Shown here: positions 52,701 to 63,279 of the stretch, one piece after another
How positions within the stretch are numbered: position 1 is the first letter of the stretch
Layout: each line of letters starts with the position of its first letter
From: Halocafeteria seosinensis
Taxonomy: Eukaryota
NCBI GenBank assembly: GCA_001687465.1
Contig: LVLI01000369.1
Coordinates: 1-64,000, forward strand
DNA length: 64,000 nt
Reading direction: 5' to 3'
Position numbers and translations under genes: made by a program
Notes under the pieces: generated by a model
The model's input: only the letters and a program-made list of their open reading frames with translations
Databases searched by the model: none
What the model was told of the DNA's origin: nothing

Positions 52701-54511
52701 GTGAAGAACCACAAGCAAAATTTGGCGGATTTCAGGCCCCTAGGAGGTACGTTGATGTATCGCAGCCTTGGATACCTGAATCTTACGTTAGTATTTTTGG
52801 AGAAGACGTGCAATTTGGTGATGTCTCGACTAGCTCTGTTTCGCAAAGGATAATTATATTGCGGAACACTCGCAGCGCTGAAGCATTAGGTGAGGCTGTC
52901 CATAGTGATTACGTTAAGAGAGCAAAAGAATTGGCCACCGAAAAGAGCGAACAACAAGATAAGACTGTCAACGAACAAGGAGGTGAGGGGAAATCTGAGG
53001 CGCCGCGAATGCTCCTAAAAGGAGAGGAATATTCTATTACTATGGAGCGAAACGTAGGGGATGGATCAGGGCCTGTTGTGTTTTGCTGGGACATGACAAA
53101 TCCCTTAGTAAGGAGTGGGGTAATTAGAATCCAGCCTGCACGGGGAGTAATTGAACCTGAAGGGTGTCTAGTTGTACGTGTAACCCTTCATTCCCCGCCT
53201 AAACCCTGTGTTATTGATTCTGATATTGCGCTAGCCGTTGGTATGACTATGGATGAACTGCGATCCCACGCTTCGGCTATCATTAAGAGAAGTCAAGAGC
53301 GCAGCAAACGGTCTCGCAGTAGCAAAGGAGGCAACGGAGCACCCGACCCCGTGCATGTGAGTGTAGCTATGAAGTCAACGTTTAGTCGGTCGAAATCAGT
53401 GGAAGAACTCCAGAAAGCCAAAACAGCTAAAGCGGGGGCTGTCAGCGAGCAGAACCGTCAAAACACTGCTGAAGCCGAGTTGGTTACTCAATCCCATGCT
53501 CCACTGGAGGCTTTGCAAGGGCAAGCTGATATAGCGTCGATGATGGCACGCATATTGGCTCCCACAGAGATCATGTCACCAGAGTTTGCTGGGACCTTGC
53601 TGAGGGATCCCAATGTCCTGTGTGCAATGTCACTCAACATACCTGAACTTAGAACCTTGGAGTCGAGCTCTTCAGGGAAGAGCAGAGAAGATTCGATCAC
53701 GAAGGTTACAGCTTTGGAAGACAAGAGCGTCGGAAACCGAATGCTTGAACTCCCATTGACGAAGTCAAGCGTAGCCTCGCTAAGACGAATAGAAGGGGCT
53801 TCCAACCAGGAGCAAATTGTAGAAAACTTACAACAGCTCAACCCTTCTACGGTTTACGGCACGTTCTTGCCTCACCAAGATGCTCGCAGTGGTCGACGAA
53901 TGTCGGCTTCGTTAACGATGGAAGGATCATCTGCAATCTCCGGTACAGGTACTGGCAAAGGGACTCTATCCGGCTCACGAACTGGTAAGAGTAAGAGTGA
54001 TGCGTCTCTGCAACAATTTATGCATCTTCCGGGAGTTCCACGTGGTAGATTGTATATGCACGTCGGTGCCCGAATCTGTTCTGACTCAGAATTTCTGGAC
54101 ACTCACGGTAGATATAAGGCGCTCTCGATGAAAAAATTTGAGTCACCAGCTCCACAGTCCCCAGAACGGCTTTTGAGGACACTTGGTGGGAAAATGGAGG
54201 TGGAGGACGAATTAAAAGGCATCACACAGCCACAACTGCATGATGCAGAAAGTGCTGCCGTAGTAACCGATGTCGTTACCGACATGCTCGCGGATGTGGT
54301 TGCGGACAAGAGCATCGCAGAAGAGTATCGAGTGAGCCGTCAAACAACCCGTCGCTCAGCTAAAGCAAGTAAAAGAGTGTCTCAATGTTCTCTCCGGCAA
54401 CTAGCGATTCAAGAAGACGAATGTGCTGAAATAACTTCTCGTTGCCTGGAAAGCACAATTCTGAACCTCTGCAAGGAGATAGTTAGTGGAGATTTTGCAA
54501 AGAATTTCTAG
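46799..54511 (+). CDS. CFAP65: Cilia- and flagella-associated protein 65 (CCDC108), tandem ASH/Ig-like domains
   Basis: N-terminal FGIDC..LEW...WKPGGEYIK.L.VKNVS...RYKLPKTKFF...P.P..LAPG signature and many ASH-like repeats (LxNxG...F.I.P..G.I); single 7.7-kb exon. Confidence 0.8.
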   Translation: MTRSKSRKERIKDFGIDCGDGLEWGGGTWKPGGEYIKHLPVKNVSTKILKVRYKLPKTKFFSMEFPDPLRLAPGNEVLLEVRFRPIRLEEYDDFIEFYTEGGSFQVPVRARLSRLAVDVPQFLDVGLCPVNETVAKTVELSNVGEIAANYEWDVAAPFSIEPAKGEIGAGKKKTLTVYTHPQNANVFESTAICTIYGAPEKTSGTHGVSGPSKLVRRFHINAVGKYQFIMLETEVTDFGKVLISSEGTSHKRKVKLSNMSPVPATLTVKRLDDDRLPDFAISPKETVIPGYGTQDITLSYRPRVPGYYSCEKFLFLTPGGNVARLTVRALAQGPIVTLSRKDTAGSSTPRMRSTTFNFGDLYLPPTGNDAIGKKTSQKDTPIKTLVLTLRNFSGTTSYFSFDTSGLGVFRLSKTHGSIPPYLSTEVIVAFRPGAFGNYYRRLYCKIRDSSPLYADLLGTAYDDKQRPFPMKETHIDIYRLRPPAVKRLSAAELGSLMSTLQNDNMEELTFGEEDGTLGHSRHDTKSSTSRRSRPFILSVETLMSEREFRLKRPEFVIAENSKAVGAMRPTSSSLGKTLDRANTNGKQTTLPTEEIAEVCQTHNSDLSNDQLYTVTRSGETDRATCSLYSEIFGTSNGDAPLEVLENLLDFGAGSRTRINEKKSLHIRNNTRYKMSVELVVPVSTIGGTTGPLENEEFRNLYIDGAHNWHVSSTCFDVDAESTIEAVISFRPLTDDVYYSDELEIYATPKLNRSFRLVDEETFIPPYFCSVELRGHTFRTTEQFVPRLEPVLRYSCADGSAEDSLIKGVRDIQMPACFVGDSTFYTFELLNSGDTPATFRIETGYSHVFSVQPTSGKIEAGEFHLICIQFSPTHVRKFKENLKLIMNEDPNHAQQLAATGLGTSPALQLHNLPSKGTVYIKPTCIGVTSYATFELLNTSRTPLNFSWNLLGESRDQFEIRPPYGFLQGNDSVEVRISYLPTRKGFAKLSARCDARPAGHVDRDWEIASAQASEWFDEDTATPTSALKLVYAESVEELTEMVSTRSLFTTDSAASSVQSVSVNVETEAGPGALQFSPTNVQFGALLVDTTRHRTITVLNRSDCTVHFRLGAYVDAFEQCLDSYEFYSRENDSRDPNACLVFEPGECTLQPHSSVAVTVSFTPEFPARYVIRAFYEILENSDTSQISDAASEQLKVSMNAAKSAARQMASRIANGYLVRMDEPPDNEDVLWCELIGCGAYPSVVLEDVRGLNSIESLLTFFPKPPARRGVPLLCQDADQEREGEALYYHKLNVNYGRDGVAFLANQVGSDRSLPERRDTSVPVGGDHQGGWLFPCTVGLPGDVHPLALPSSHTGQEKQAREEVGEVMSYQDLSSCLCKFLGLDRSKVPNVDSIQFKIHNSASASSRMWNQMSLQGLNSALSSPLTDKELQFNKATHDMDPATYLETIPLEFTPAPLGSPPQLVAFNVRNSSRLPANIDLRWEHDPDVDIEPWAATTEPTETEVRLRQLVDRRIFGVFPRQATLEPGEATTIYFFYSYVSTVSKGVHELPLIFRVFKGKQIRLVLRGRTLDPSAPYLYMTSPNRSYNLAAVPVGCVDPPRQPIKLINPTGIDVAFALDESSLEAYAHENHNFSVLRASLRPPFNMLKPSEASGEITEAVIQQLLSGRQPQDYYSGVERVGIIPAQSESTIWITFQPLEAKEYVCPLRIVYTYASTLKSTEGWSSEEVRMMASHLRRVDPSLEFFPENSVANVSVAETLPPLLEDIGDLTITLRGKGYNPSDYDVTTLRYDDPRGVPDLGIGAGMIRNGFSLGIIKEELAKKSNCVKKFKTMELSPSVPTLSRFSAMYRAGSATLDRWYSSLLSVTGMDNGSDDGFAPLDHEYSQVRNKTSEGRYSWLPVSNRAAEEVRQKRCQQRASHEAFLSRMDMLVRHSNATQSELFQRPNPAKPNDPRITASEDTVTEYLSGTNYRPGEEPQAKFGGFQAPRRYVDVSQPWIPESYVSIFGEDVQFGDVSTSSVSQRIIILRNTRSAEALGEAVHSDYVKRAKELATEKSEQQDKTVNEQGGEGKSEAPRMLLKGEEYSITMERNVGDGSGPVVFCWDMTNPLVRSGVIRIQPARGVIEPEGCLVVRVTLHSPPKPCVIDSDIALAVGMTMDELRSHASAIIKRSQERSKRSRSSKGGNGAPDPVHVSVAMKSTFSRSKSVEELQKAKTAKAGAVSEQNRQNTAEAELVTQSHAPLEALQGQADIASMMARILAPTEIMSPEFAGTLLRDPNVLCAMSLNIPELRTLESSSSGKSREDSITKVTALEDKSVGNRMLELPLTKSSVASLRRIEGASNQEQIVENLQQLNPSTVYGTFLPHQDARSGRRMSASLTMEGSSAISGTGTGKGTLSGSRTGKSKSDASLQQFMHLPGVPRGRLYMHVGARICSDSEFLDTHGRYKALSMKKFESPAPQSPERLLRTLGGKMEVEDELKGITQPQLHDAESAAVVTDVVTDMLADVVADKSIAEEYRVSRQTTRRSAKASKRVSQCSLRQLAIQEDECAEITSRCLESTILNLCKEIVSGDFAKNF

Positions 54512-54584
54512 AAGTGCGTTTGCTTCGTGTGAACCAAAATTTGGAAAAATCGCTTCTCTCGTCTGAGCATTTAGAGCATCGCCC

Positions 54585-56774
54585 TTAGCCACTGTTTGTC
54601 CTTAGGGCGGGAATACATATATTGTAGAATTCGTTCTTGAGAAAGGGCCCAGCTTGGTCCTTGTTAGAAAGGATATCCATACGCTGCCAGTAGAGAGGGG
54701 GAGCTCGAGAGGACTTATAAGATGCGTTTATGTCGCTTTGGAGAGCACCAGTGGCGTCAGTCTTCGGACGGCACCCGTGATAGTGGGGATCCAGAATGAG
54801 CAGCCATCTATGCGGTTGGCCTTTTCTCTTGGCTGCCCCAACGATAGTTAGAGCAAGCATTCCCCCACCAACAATGACAGGACCTCCGGCTTTGCCGAAA
54901 TGATCCACTAAAATATCAGTATATTTGCTCAAATCGATACCACTTTGAAAATGAACGTGTTTAAAGTTCACACTCGTCAAATGTTGGATAACTTTAGCAG
55001 CTTCGAAACTCCCAATCCACTCCTTAGATCCTACCAAAGAAGTACTCTTATTATCGACCTTCACTAGTATACGTTGAATGCCCACGTGTGATGGAATTGT
55101 AGGCCCAAATACTGAAGACTTCTCCGAGTGCAAGAGGTGATGTTCGCACTGCTTTAGGGCGCTAATGTCCTCGCGTAACACCCAAGACAGTACTGTTTGC
55201 AGCGCCCTGTATGCACATCCCCACCCAGTATCGTCAAGTTCAAATAACTTGTAATGATGATATTCAATGTCCCCACGGCATATAGCTGTTATAACGTGGT
55301 CATGCTTGCCGGGGGGGCTTGATGTCTCCAGCTGCATATTCAGCAGAGGCTCCGTCTCGGCATTCTCCGAGACTAGCTCATGTGACCATATATCAGAGCA
55401 CTCTTGCCCAAGACGTGCTATTCGTGAACTCATCCCATCGCCTTCCCCTTGCAACTCACACCAGCCTCTGACATCCTCGTCATTACCGTTGTACCAATTC
55501 AACAACCGGGGGACACCGTACGGGGCCCCGAATCGAACTACTGTTTTAACAACTTCTACATCTTTGTGTACCGTCGGAATACAACCCATACGGTAGGAAA
55601 GCCTATCAATTAAACGCAGCAAACACATAGCGCAGCACTTTACGGTAGCCTTGGCAGAAAATAACCCAGTGACTAACAATTTCCACTCCCCGCGTGCTCT
55701 GTCCGATTCCCTTCCAGCGCCAATGTGTTCCACAAACTCAGAAATAATGGGACAAGCAACGGGTACGCTGACACTCCGTGCCACCGTTTTGTAAACTGGG
55801 GATGGATTATCTTTCCATGCGTTCTCCAGAGACTTGTCACTGCTCAAGTTCGGTATAGACCCTGCGTCAACACACACAGACTCTTCAAATCCTTCATCTC
55901 CATTAGACTTTTCCTGAGGTCAAAACCAAAACAAAGCAGAACTAGGGGGATGCTAACACACTCGAAGATGCTGCGTACACATCGGCTTACTTACCCTCAG
56001 CACACAAGCATCGCTCCGCAGCTGGAAATAAACTCCCGGAGTCGTACGCCTAACACTCGCCCCTTTAAAACGAGTTCCTACTTCATCTTGGCAGATATAA
56101 GAGGTCCTGCAGAATTGATTCTCGCTCCAATTTTGCTTTGAAATTCGCCAGGCCTTGTTGTCAAACGTCCATCCATTTTTCTCAGGAAGGCAGGTGGCCA
56201 CCGTGACCAAAAACCCATCAGCAGGCCCTGTGTAGCTCCACCCTTTGCGTCCCTCTAGAGCAAGTCGGGAAAAACATTGCACAAGCGTTTGGTCAATTGA
56301 CGGAGACTGTTCTTCGACAAGGTTGGTATCATCTCGTTGCTCAATGGCGATTCCTAGCAAAGGAGCCACAAAAGTGTCCGCCAGTTGGCCGATGCTCTCC
56401 GCCACAGCTTCTCGAGTACGGCGACCTGCATTTTTGGGAAACCGTACACCGGGTACTACGGCAAGAATTTCGACGGTAGACATCTCGGAATCATCATTAT
56501 TCGCTTCGACATTGTGCGTAAAGTGGCCGAACAGCAGTGCACACGCCACATCCTCCCTCCTGCCATTTCCAGCTCCATTTTTCTTCTCCCTGAGCGTCTT
56601 CCACCACAGGATCATGTACTGGGTCATCCACCATATAAACTCGGATAATAGCGCAAAAACGTAGCTGAATATCCCTAAATGACCCTTATTCGAAGACTTC
56701 CATTGTGAACTCGGAAGGGTGCTGTCTTCAAAAGCCCGAGGGAGATTATCCAGCGCTTGTTTACTCCATTCCAT
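54585..56774 (-). CDS. UFM1-specific peptidase (peptidase C78, UFSP family) with long N-terminal extension; 2 exons
   Basis: Catalytic boxes DDTGWGCAYRALQT, VGSKEWIGSFE and LLILDPHYHG. ORF 55953-56819 splices in frame to the catalytic ORF (CTGAGG|GTAAGT ... CCTCAG|GAAAAG). First ATG at 56774. Confidence 0.85.
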
Positions 56775-56821
56775 TGTCTTTTGATTGTCCCACTTGTTCT
56801 TATCATAAAGTATAAACAATA
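56775..56821. promoter_or_regulatory. 47-bp AT-rich spacer between divergent start codons (putative bidirectional promoter core)
   Basis: Lies between UFSP ATG (56774, minus) and ATG9 ATG (56822, plus); depends on both predicted starts being correct. Confidence 0.45.
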
Positions 56822-59800
56822 ATGGATGAGTCCCTTATGCAAGAGCTGGCGCAAGTCCAGCAACAAACCCGTAATAATGAAGATAATAGAGGGTCTTCTC
56901 ATGAAGTTGAAGGACAGAATTCATCCTCTTCCCCCCTCTTTACAGAGCCCCATACACGGCGCCGAGACGAAACGACCGGGAACCAAGAGGAGGAAATATC
57001 ACCCTTAACTTCTGCTAGTGGGCACGAGTCCGGAGAGACCCATGAAGAGGTGCAACAAAGTCCACTTCACACGGACGAGGAAGTGGATATGGACCATGCT
57101 GCTCATAGTGGCTATAATAGAGGACCAGGGCACCGTCGTCCAGTATACGACACTTCTGCTGAAGCGAGGACGGGACGGCGTCAACGGCAACCGCAGCAGC
57201 GAGAGGGAAGGGGAGAAAAGAATGAGGAAGAGACGTGGCAGCAACAATTGCATCAAATGCGCAATCAACATAATCGTCGAAATAGGACGCCTCCACCAGC
57301 AAACAAGTCGAAGAACCGGCTCAAAATGATGCTCCCTTCGCGTGGTCGTTCCCACACAGCGCACCATCCATTGCGCACAGAAGATGATGATGAAGACGTA
57401 GCCAGTGGGAATGATATTGGGGACGGAACACTAGGAGATGATGGCGAGTCGGTGGCAAGTGGTGACTTTCCTGGTTCACCGGTACGTTTTATTATCATTT
57501 GGGTCGTTTCTACGGTGTGTGCAATGCTGATAGAAGTATATCTATTTGCAGGACGTTTGGGAGGAGATCCGACAAAACGCTACCGGGCGTCACGAAGTTG
57601 TGGATGTAGGACGAAAGGCCATGGACACTTTTAAGAGATGGGCGGGCAGATTTAAACCACTTAGGAAGTCTCGTCATAATCCTGTAAGATGGATGCATGA
57701 TTGGTTGTCTTCTACCTGTTTTATGTATCCATTGTTCATGCAGGATAAAGATAAAATTGGATCGGGCTTCGTTCCAAATTCCAACGAAGATTACTTTTAT
57801 GCCACCCTGTACTGGTACTTTGACGAGAAGGGATTCGTGACGATAGTCACTTCACGTATTCTGAATTTATTGTACGTATGTGTCGCTTGCAGCTGCATTG
57901 CGACACCTTGCTTTGACCTTTTGATTGCACCCCAGTACCTTGACGTTCATACTGATGCTATCAGCGTTCCTGTTGGCTTTTGTAGACTGGGACTCTTTAA
58001 TGGAATGCCATGATGAGGAATCATGCAAAGTAAGCAAACGACGTTTGTTACCGCTACTCGTACCAATTACATTGATGCTCGATGACATCACCTTTACAGC
58101 AATTCTCGGAGTATGTTAGATCCCCAGGAAAAATACATTCGAAAGCCTGGTTATCAGTGGTGGCGCTTTATAGCGCAATTTTTGGTGTTTACTGGCTGTG
58201 GTCATTTTTATCGATATTTCCGACAACCTGGGCTGCCTGGGGAATGCACTTGTTTTATCAGCGGCACTTGGATATCAGCGACAATGAACTTCAGACAATG
58301 GAGTGGCATCAAGTTATTGACTCTTGGGACCGTCTGCTCTGTGTTGCCCGTCTTCTGTCAGAAGAAAAGAAACGGAATGACTTGAAAGCTTCCACAGACC
58401 AAGCAAACTACAATGATAAATCCCTCCGACCACTCCTTCGAAATCTACAGGGTACAGACGTAAACAACCTAGCGGATGATGCGGCTGCTATCATGGAACT
58501 TGCATCTAGCGTTGGGCTGCAATTGCACTATGTCAATACAGGAGTAGACTTTGGCCTGCCAGTTCCTTCAGAGTGGCTTCTCAGGCCAACCGTAAATCCG
58601 TGGGCATCCTTCTTATACGCGGACAAGGATCAACCTCAGCAACCAAGACAGTCACCCCCCACAAATCAGAACGTTGATATCCGCTTTGTTGACTACGAAA
58701 GTGAAGACGAGAGAGAGTCCCAACTATTGACGGACAACCGTGAGAAGCCGCTCCAAGAGAGTCGTGCAAGCGATGACGACAAGAATGCCGAGACGGGCCA
58801 AGTGCCATTACATCCTCCGCAGGTGCAAAGAGAGAAGGGATTTTCTGACAAGAATGAAACCGAAGAGGGTCAAGCACCCCATCCCACTGGTAAAGATAAC
58901 AACAACCAGGAATTACTCACTGCTCATTATATAGCTTGCCGGCTAATGCGAAGGGATAACTATCTAATTGCCATGTTCAACGAAAGAATACTGGACACCC
59001 GGATCCCCTTCCCTCTTCCTTCTTTGGTAAGTGATCACTCATGGTTGAAGCAATAGCTTTGTGACTGACAGACTGCTGCTACTTTGCAGAAGAGCACCAA
59101 CGCCGGTGGATCAGCATCGTGCTCGTTATGTGGTTACACCATTCGATGGAAAAAGTATCGTTTACCCTTCACTCGTTACCTTGAATGGAGTATACATGTA
59201 GCGCTACTTTCGCGTCTGTTTAACCATAACTTCACGCTGCGGAAGGAACTCACGCGGAACCCTGGGCATTTTGCGCGTACTCTGCGGTTGATTGGTTTAG
59301 TTCAATTGCTGCTGGCGCCGTTCGCATTTCCATTTCTCTTCGTTTATTTTGCAATCAAACATATTGAAGATGTGCAAGCTGGGCGATCCAAAGGCAATTA
59401 TTTGGGGCCAAGAGCATGGTCACCCAGTGCCCTCTGGAAAATGCGAGAGTTCAATGAAGTTCCGCACATCTTCCGTCGAAGAATGTTTGCGGCTTTGCCT
59501 CATGCCAGCAATTATATGCGCCAATTCCCTTCTCCAATGATGGCTGTGGTGGGCCGAGCAGTATCGTTTATGGCGGGTGCATTTCTCGCACTGCTGCTAC
59601 TGGTATCACTAGTGGACGATGCACTGCCACTTCATGTTACATTGGCAAACCGGAATCTTTTGTGGTATATAGCGCTGCTTTCCGGAGTCGTAGCTGTGGG
59701 ACGTGGTCTCACTCCTGATCCTGAAGACAGCGTTCATGAACCGAGTGAAGCTATGGCACAATTGATTCCTTATACTCATTATCTACCTGATCACTGGAGA

Positions 59801-60949
59801 GGCAGATGTGGTACGTTTGGAGTGCGTCAGGAATTCGGCCGGATGTACGTGTATAGGATATACTTGTTCTCCCAAGAGCTGCTTTCGGTGCTACTTGTGC
59901 CCTTCGTCTTACTAGTAACTCTACCTGCGAGTTCACGGAAGATTTTAGACTTTGTGGAGAAGACTACAATCCATGTCCCTGAACTTGGCGCTGTTTGCAA
60001 GTACAGTTTATTCGAAGTGGATGATAGTGCTGTCGACGACGATGGTAGTGCTATGGGTGGGACCAGCACCATACAGGAAGTACCTGAAGATGAAGCGTCG
60101 GAAGTCCTCTCTGATGGCTCCGCAAAATCAAGTGGAGATGAATATGAAGCCGTGGAAGAAACATATCCCTATAGAGCAAAAACTTTGCACACGAGTGGAG
60201 GTAAACTTCAGAAGAGCGTCCTATCGTTTGCGGCGAACTACCCACGCTGGAATCACATTGTTCATAAAGAGAACTGGTTCACATCACCTCAAGAAGGGGA
60301 TCGAAGCATGCACAAGAGTGCTTGCGCTGCCTCAGGGTGCGGCACGTTCCTAAGTAAAGTGGAGCGACATACAGGGTATGCGCCTCCTGATACAGGCCAC
60401 CGTTCTCCGGGAAGTCCAATATCTGCAACAGGTTATGGTGGATATGATGAAGAAGCACCACCCCCTCTGGAATCCTCCGATATCGGACGATCGCTCATGC
60501 GTTCACAGAACTTGGGAACCGGAATTGACGAAAGATCGGCCTCTATCAGGCAAGAAACATCGTTGATTGGGGCTTACATTTCATCCCGTTCAGGCATGCA
60601 ACGAAGAGGAGGTCGAAATACCGGCGCTCAATCTCTTAGTATGGAAAAACATGTGGGACATGGTCGCTTTTACAGAGGTCCACAAGCTGTCAATAGAGCA
60701 AGTTTGAGTAGAGGTCGTTCGGGTGCACAATCAGTTGAGCTAACCTCGGTTTACTCCGAAAAAAATAGATCCCAAGTTCGCGGTCGACCTCCAAGAGCTG
60801 AAACTGGGAACATTCCTTCCCTCTCTGCCTCTTATGGAAATGCTGTCCGACGTGGTAGCGCAGATAGGCCGAACGATCCGAAGATGGAGCTGAACCAGGA
60901 TTCTCGTCTTAGCTACGGTTCGTTCACAGAAGGTGCTGAAGAACACTAG
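56822..60949 (+). CDS. ATG9: Autophagy-related protein 9 (lipid scramblase); 6 exons
   Basis: LYWYFDEKGF...ILNL, ELQTMEWHQVI, LTAHYIACRLMRRDNYLIAMFN, FTRYLEWSI, LGPRAWS...REFNEVPH, HYLPDHW, QELLSVLLVPF, LGAVCKYSLF, GKLQKSVLSF..NYPRW. Confidence 0.93.
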
Positions 60950-61192
60950 TCTGTCGGTTTTGTACGGGGATTTCAAGGGGACGGAGAGTTCCACCATGTA
61001 TAAGAGCCTCTCGATAGCACGCTCTATGTTGCTGCGCTGGTTACAAGTACTCCGTTCACTTTGCCAAGAGGATATACTGTACTGGGAGTATTATTCCCCC
61101 GAGGAGAAGTTCCTATGCTAGTAACAATGCCTCAAATACCACAGGAAATCAGTTTGTTTTTCATTTGATAATTGGCACTCATAGACCCAGTG

Positions 61193-62947
61193 TTACTGAT
61201 AAAGGTCAGATACACCTGTCTGTATCTGGTTGTCTTCCGTAATCCTACTAGTGAATTGTTCCGGCACAGGCAATTCTATCCAATCAGCCTCCTCTTCAGG
61301 CCCTTTGGGGAAAGAAATGTTCACCTCACTACACTTGCTGGTGACAATTTGAGTATCACGGCTCTGGTATGGAAGGAATACGACGAGTCCGTCGGTCTTG
61401 TCAACTGAGAGCGAGGGCACTTTTTGTACCTGCACCTGGCACCGCTGGCAGTCCACCAACTCACAAGAGGAGATCAATGTATCGCAGAGGATCTTGCACT
61501 TTTTGCATTTATTAATTTGCATCGCTTTGCACTTTCCGGAAAGTATAATGGTAGCATTTTCGCAGTCCGAAATGTATACCTCTTGCATGAGCTCCAAGTT
61601 GTCCATTCTAACAGGTTCTTCCAAGTCAACATGGTTTTCCACAAACCACCGCTTGCTCACCAACTCAGTGCGAGGGGGCTTTTTCGGCTTGGCTGCTTCA
61701 TTCTTCTTACGCTCTGTAGCAGCCTTTTGTTTCGTTTCTGAAACATGAGCTGGCTTGTCTTTCTGATTTTTCGTCTTCATGTCTTTCGTCACATGTCTTA
61801 GGCCCGCAGTCTTCCCAGAACTTTGATCTATAGTCTTCAGCTCTTCAAAGACATTGTGAACCGTGGGGGCGCCGGCTTCCGAAGATGACTTCGTAGGTGG
61901 TGGACGAGATCCAGCAGCAGCGTTAGCAGAAGTGGCGGTTGCAGTAGGCTGATGTTCAGTTGCGCTAGAGCCGTTAGGGTTCCATGTCAGCCCTGTCTTG
62001 AAATTGTCCTTCACGTACTGTAGCAAGTTCTTTAGCAACCCCTCGAAAGCTTTGCACCACTCGATGTGAGCGGTTTGTCTGCACAAAGTAAATAAATTCC
62101 AAGGGTCGAAAGACATCAGACAATACGGTCGATGTGCTATACGTACCCCTTGAAGTTCTTCTTGATTCGATTGAGCGAGAATACCGCTGCGTCCTGGTAG
62201 CTCTCCACAACTTGGTGGGGAAGAGAATCCTGCAACCGCTTGACATAGTCCTTCAGAAGGACAGTATCGTTCCAAAAATTCCACTACTCTGACATACCGT
62301 GATTACCCACTGCGCAACCTGAATTCCATCAGAGACTGCCGTAGCATGAGATTCGAGCTCTTTGCCTTTGTAGTTGAACTTTGCATCATCAGCTTTCTTT
62401 TTGGCATTTTGCAGCCCCTTGATCAGCGACGGCTGTAACACACTTCGGCAATGTCATTGAAAAGAAGGCAGGCCATAGCTGTGCCAAAATCACGTACCAG
62501 GTCGGATTGCGCTGGCTTCTTGCATTTAGCCGACAGTTCCAAGAACTTCACCTGTTCTTGGAAGACGTCTCTCACAGTTTGCATCTGCAGATTCCGGTAC
62601 GGTACACACGCATAGAACACAGTCAGTACACTCGGAAATTGCGCCCATCTCACGATATACAGTTAAGGAACATGAGGATCCGTGCGTGGACACAGTTGAA
62701 GTTGTCAGGAGCCGCAACGTACCAATGCCTGGATCTCCTGTCCAATCTCATTGGCTGCTTTTTCCATGTCTTCCATTTTGTTTAGGACCGTCTCCTGGAA
62801 GGTGGTCACTCGCTTAGGGGTGCCCTCGCCACTGTCGGCGGCATCATCGTCGCCAGCGCCGCCGCCGACTTTGCCCTCCAAAGCTGTCATTCTCTGGTCC
62901 AACCGCTCCAAGAGCGAGATGATTTTGTTCATGTTGGCGTCCGTCAT
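61193..62947 (-). CDS. CAP: Adenylyl cyclase-associated protein (CAP/Srv2); multi-exon
   Basis: N-terminal LLERLDQRMTALE, helical-domain YVKDNFKTGLTWNP, WH2-like TAGLRHVTKDMKTKN, and CARP beta-helix ending IVTSKCSEVNIS...ELPVPEQF. Confidence 0.93.
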
Positions 62948-63279
62948 TGTGTCGTCTTCGTTGAATAAATTCCGTGGTTGCGCACGCAGGTCAGTAGAGT
63001 GTTCAGAGGTCAGTATTTCGGACTACTAGAGCTCCATACCATCACGTATACAGCTTGTTGACTTCCGCCGCGCGCTTCCATTGTTCTGCGGATGCAACAA
63101 TGTTTTCGTTCACTCTGAGGTGAACGAAAAGAATGTCCTTTCTAAGCAAGAATCGTCCATTGAGGGCAAGTGCATGATGTCTGGCAAGAAGACAGAGGCC
63201 AGCAGGATATTGATTGTGAGATATAGTGGAGTTATTGAACAAAGCGTGAAGTACCGGCAAAGATCCAGAAGACACGAAA

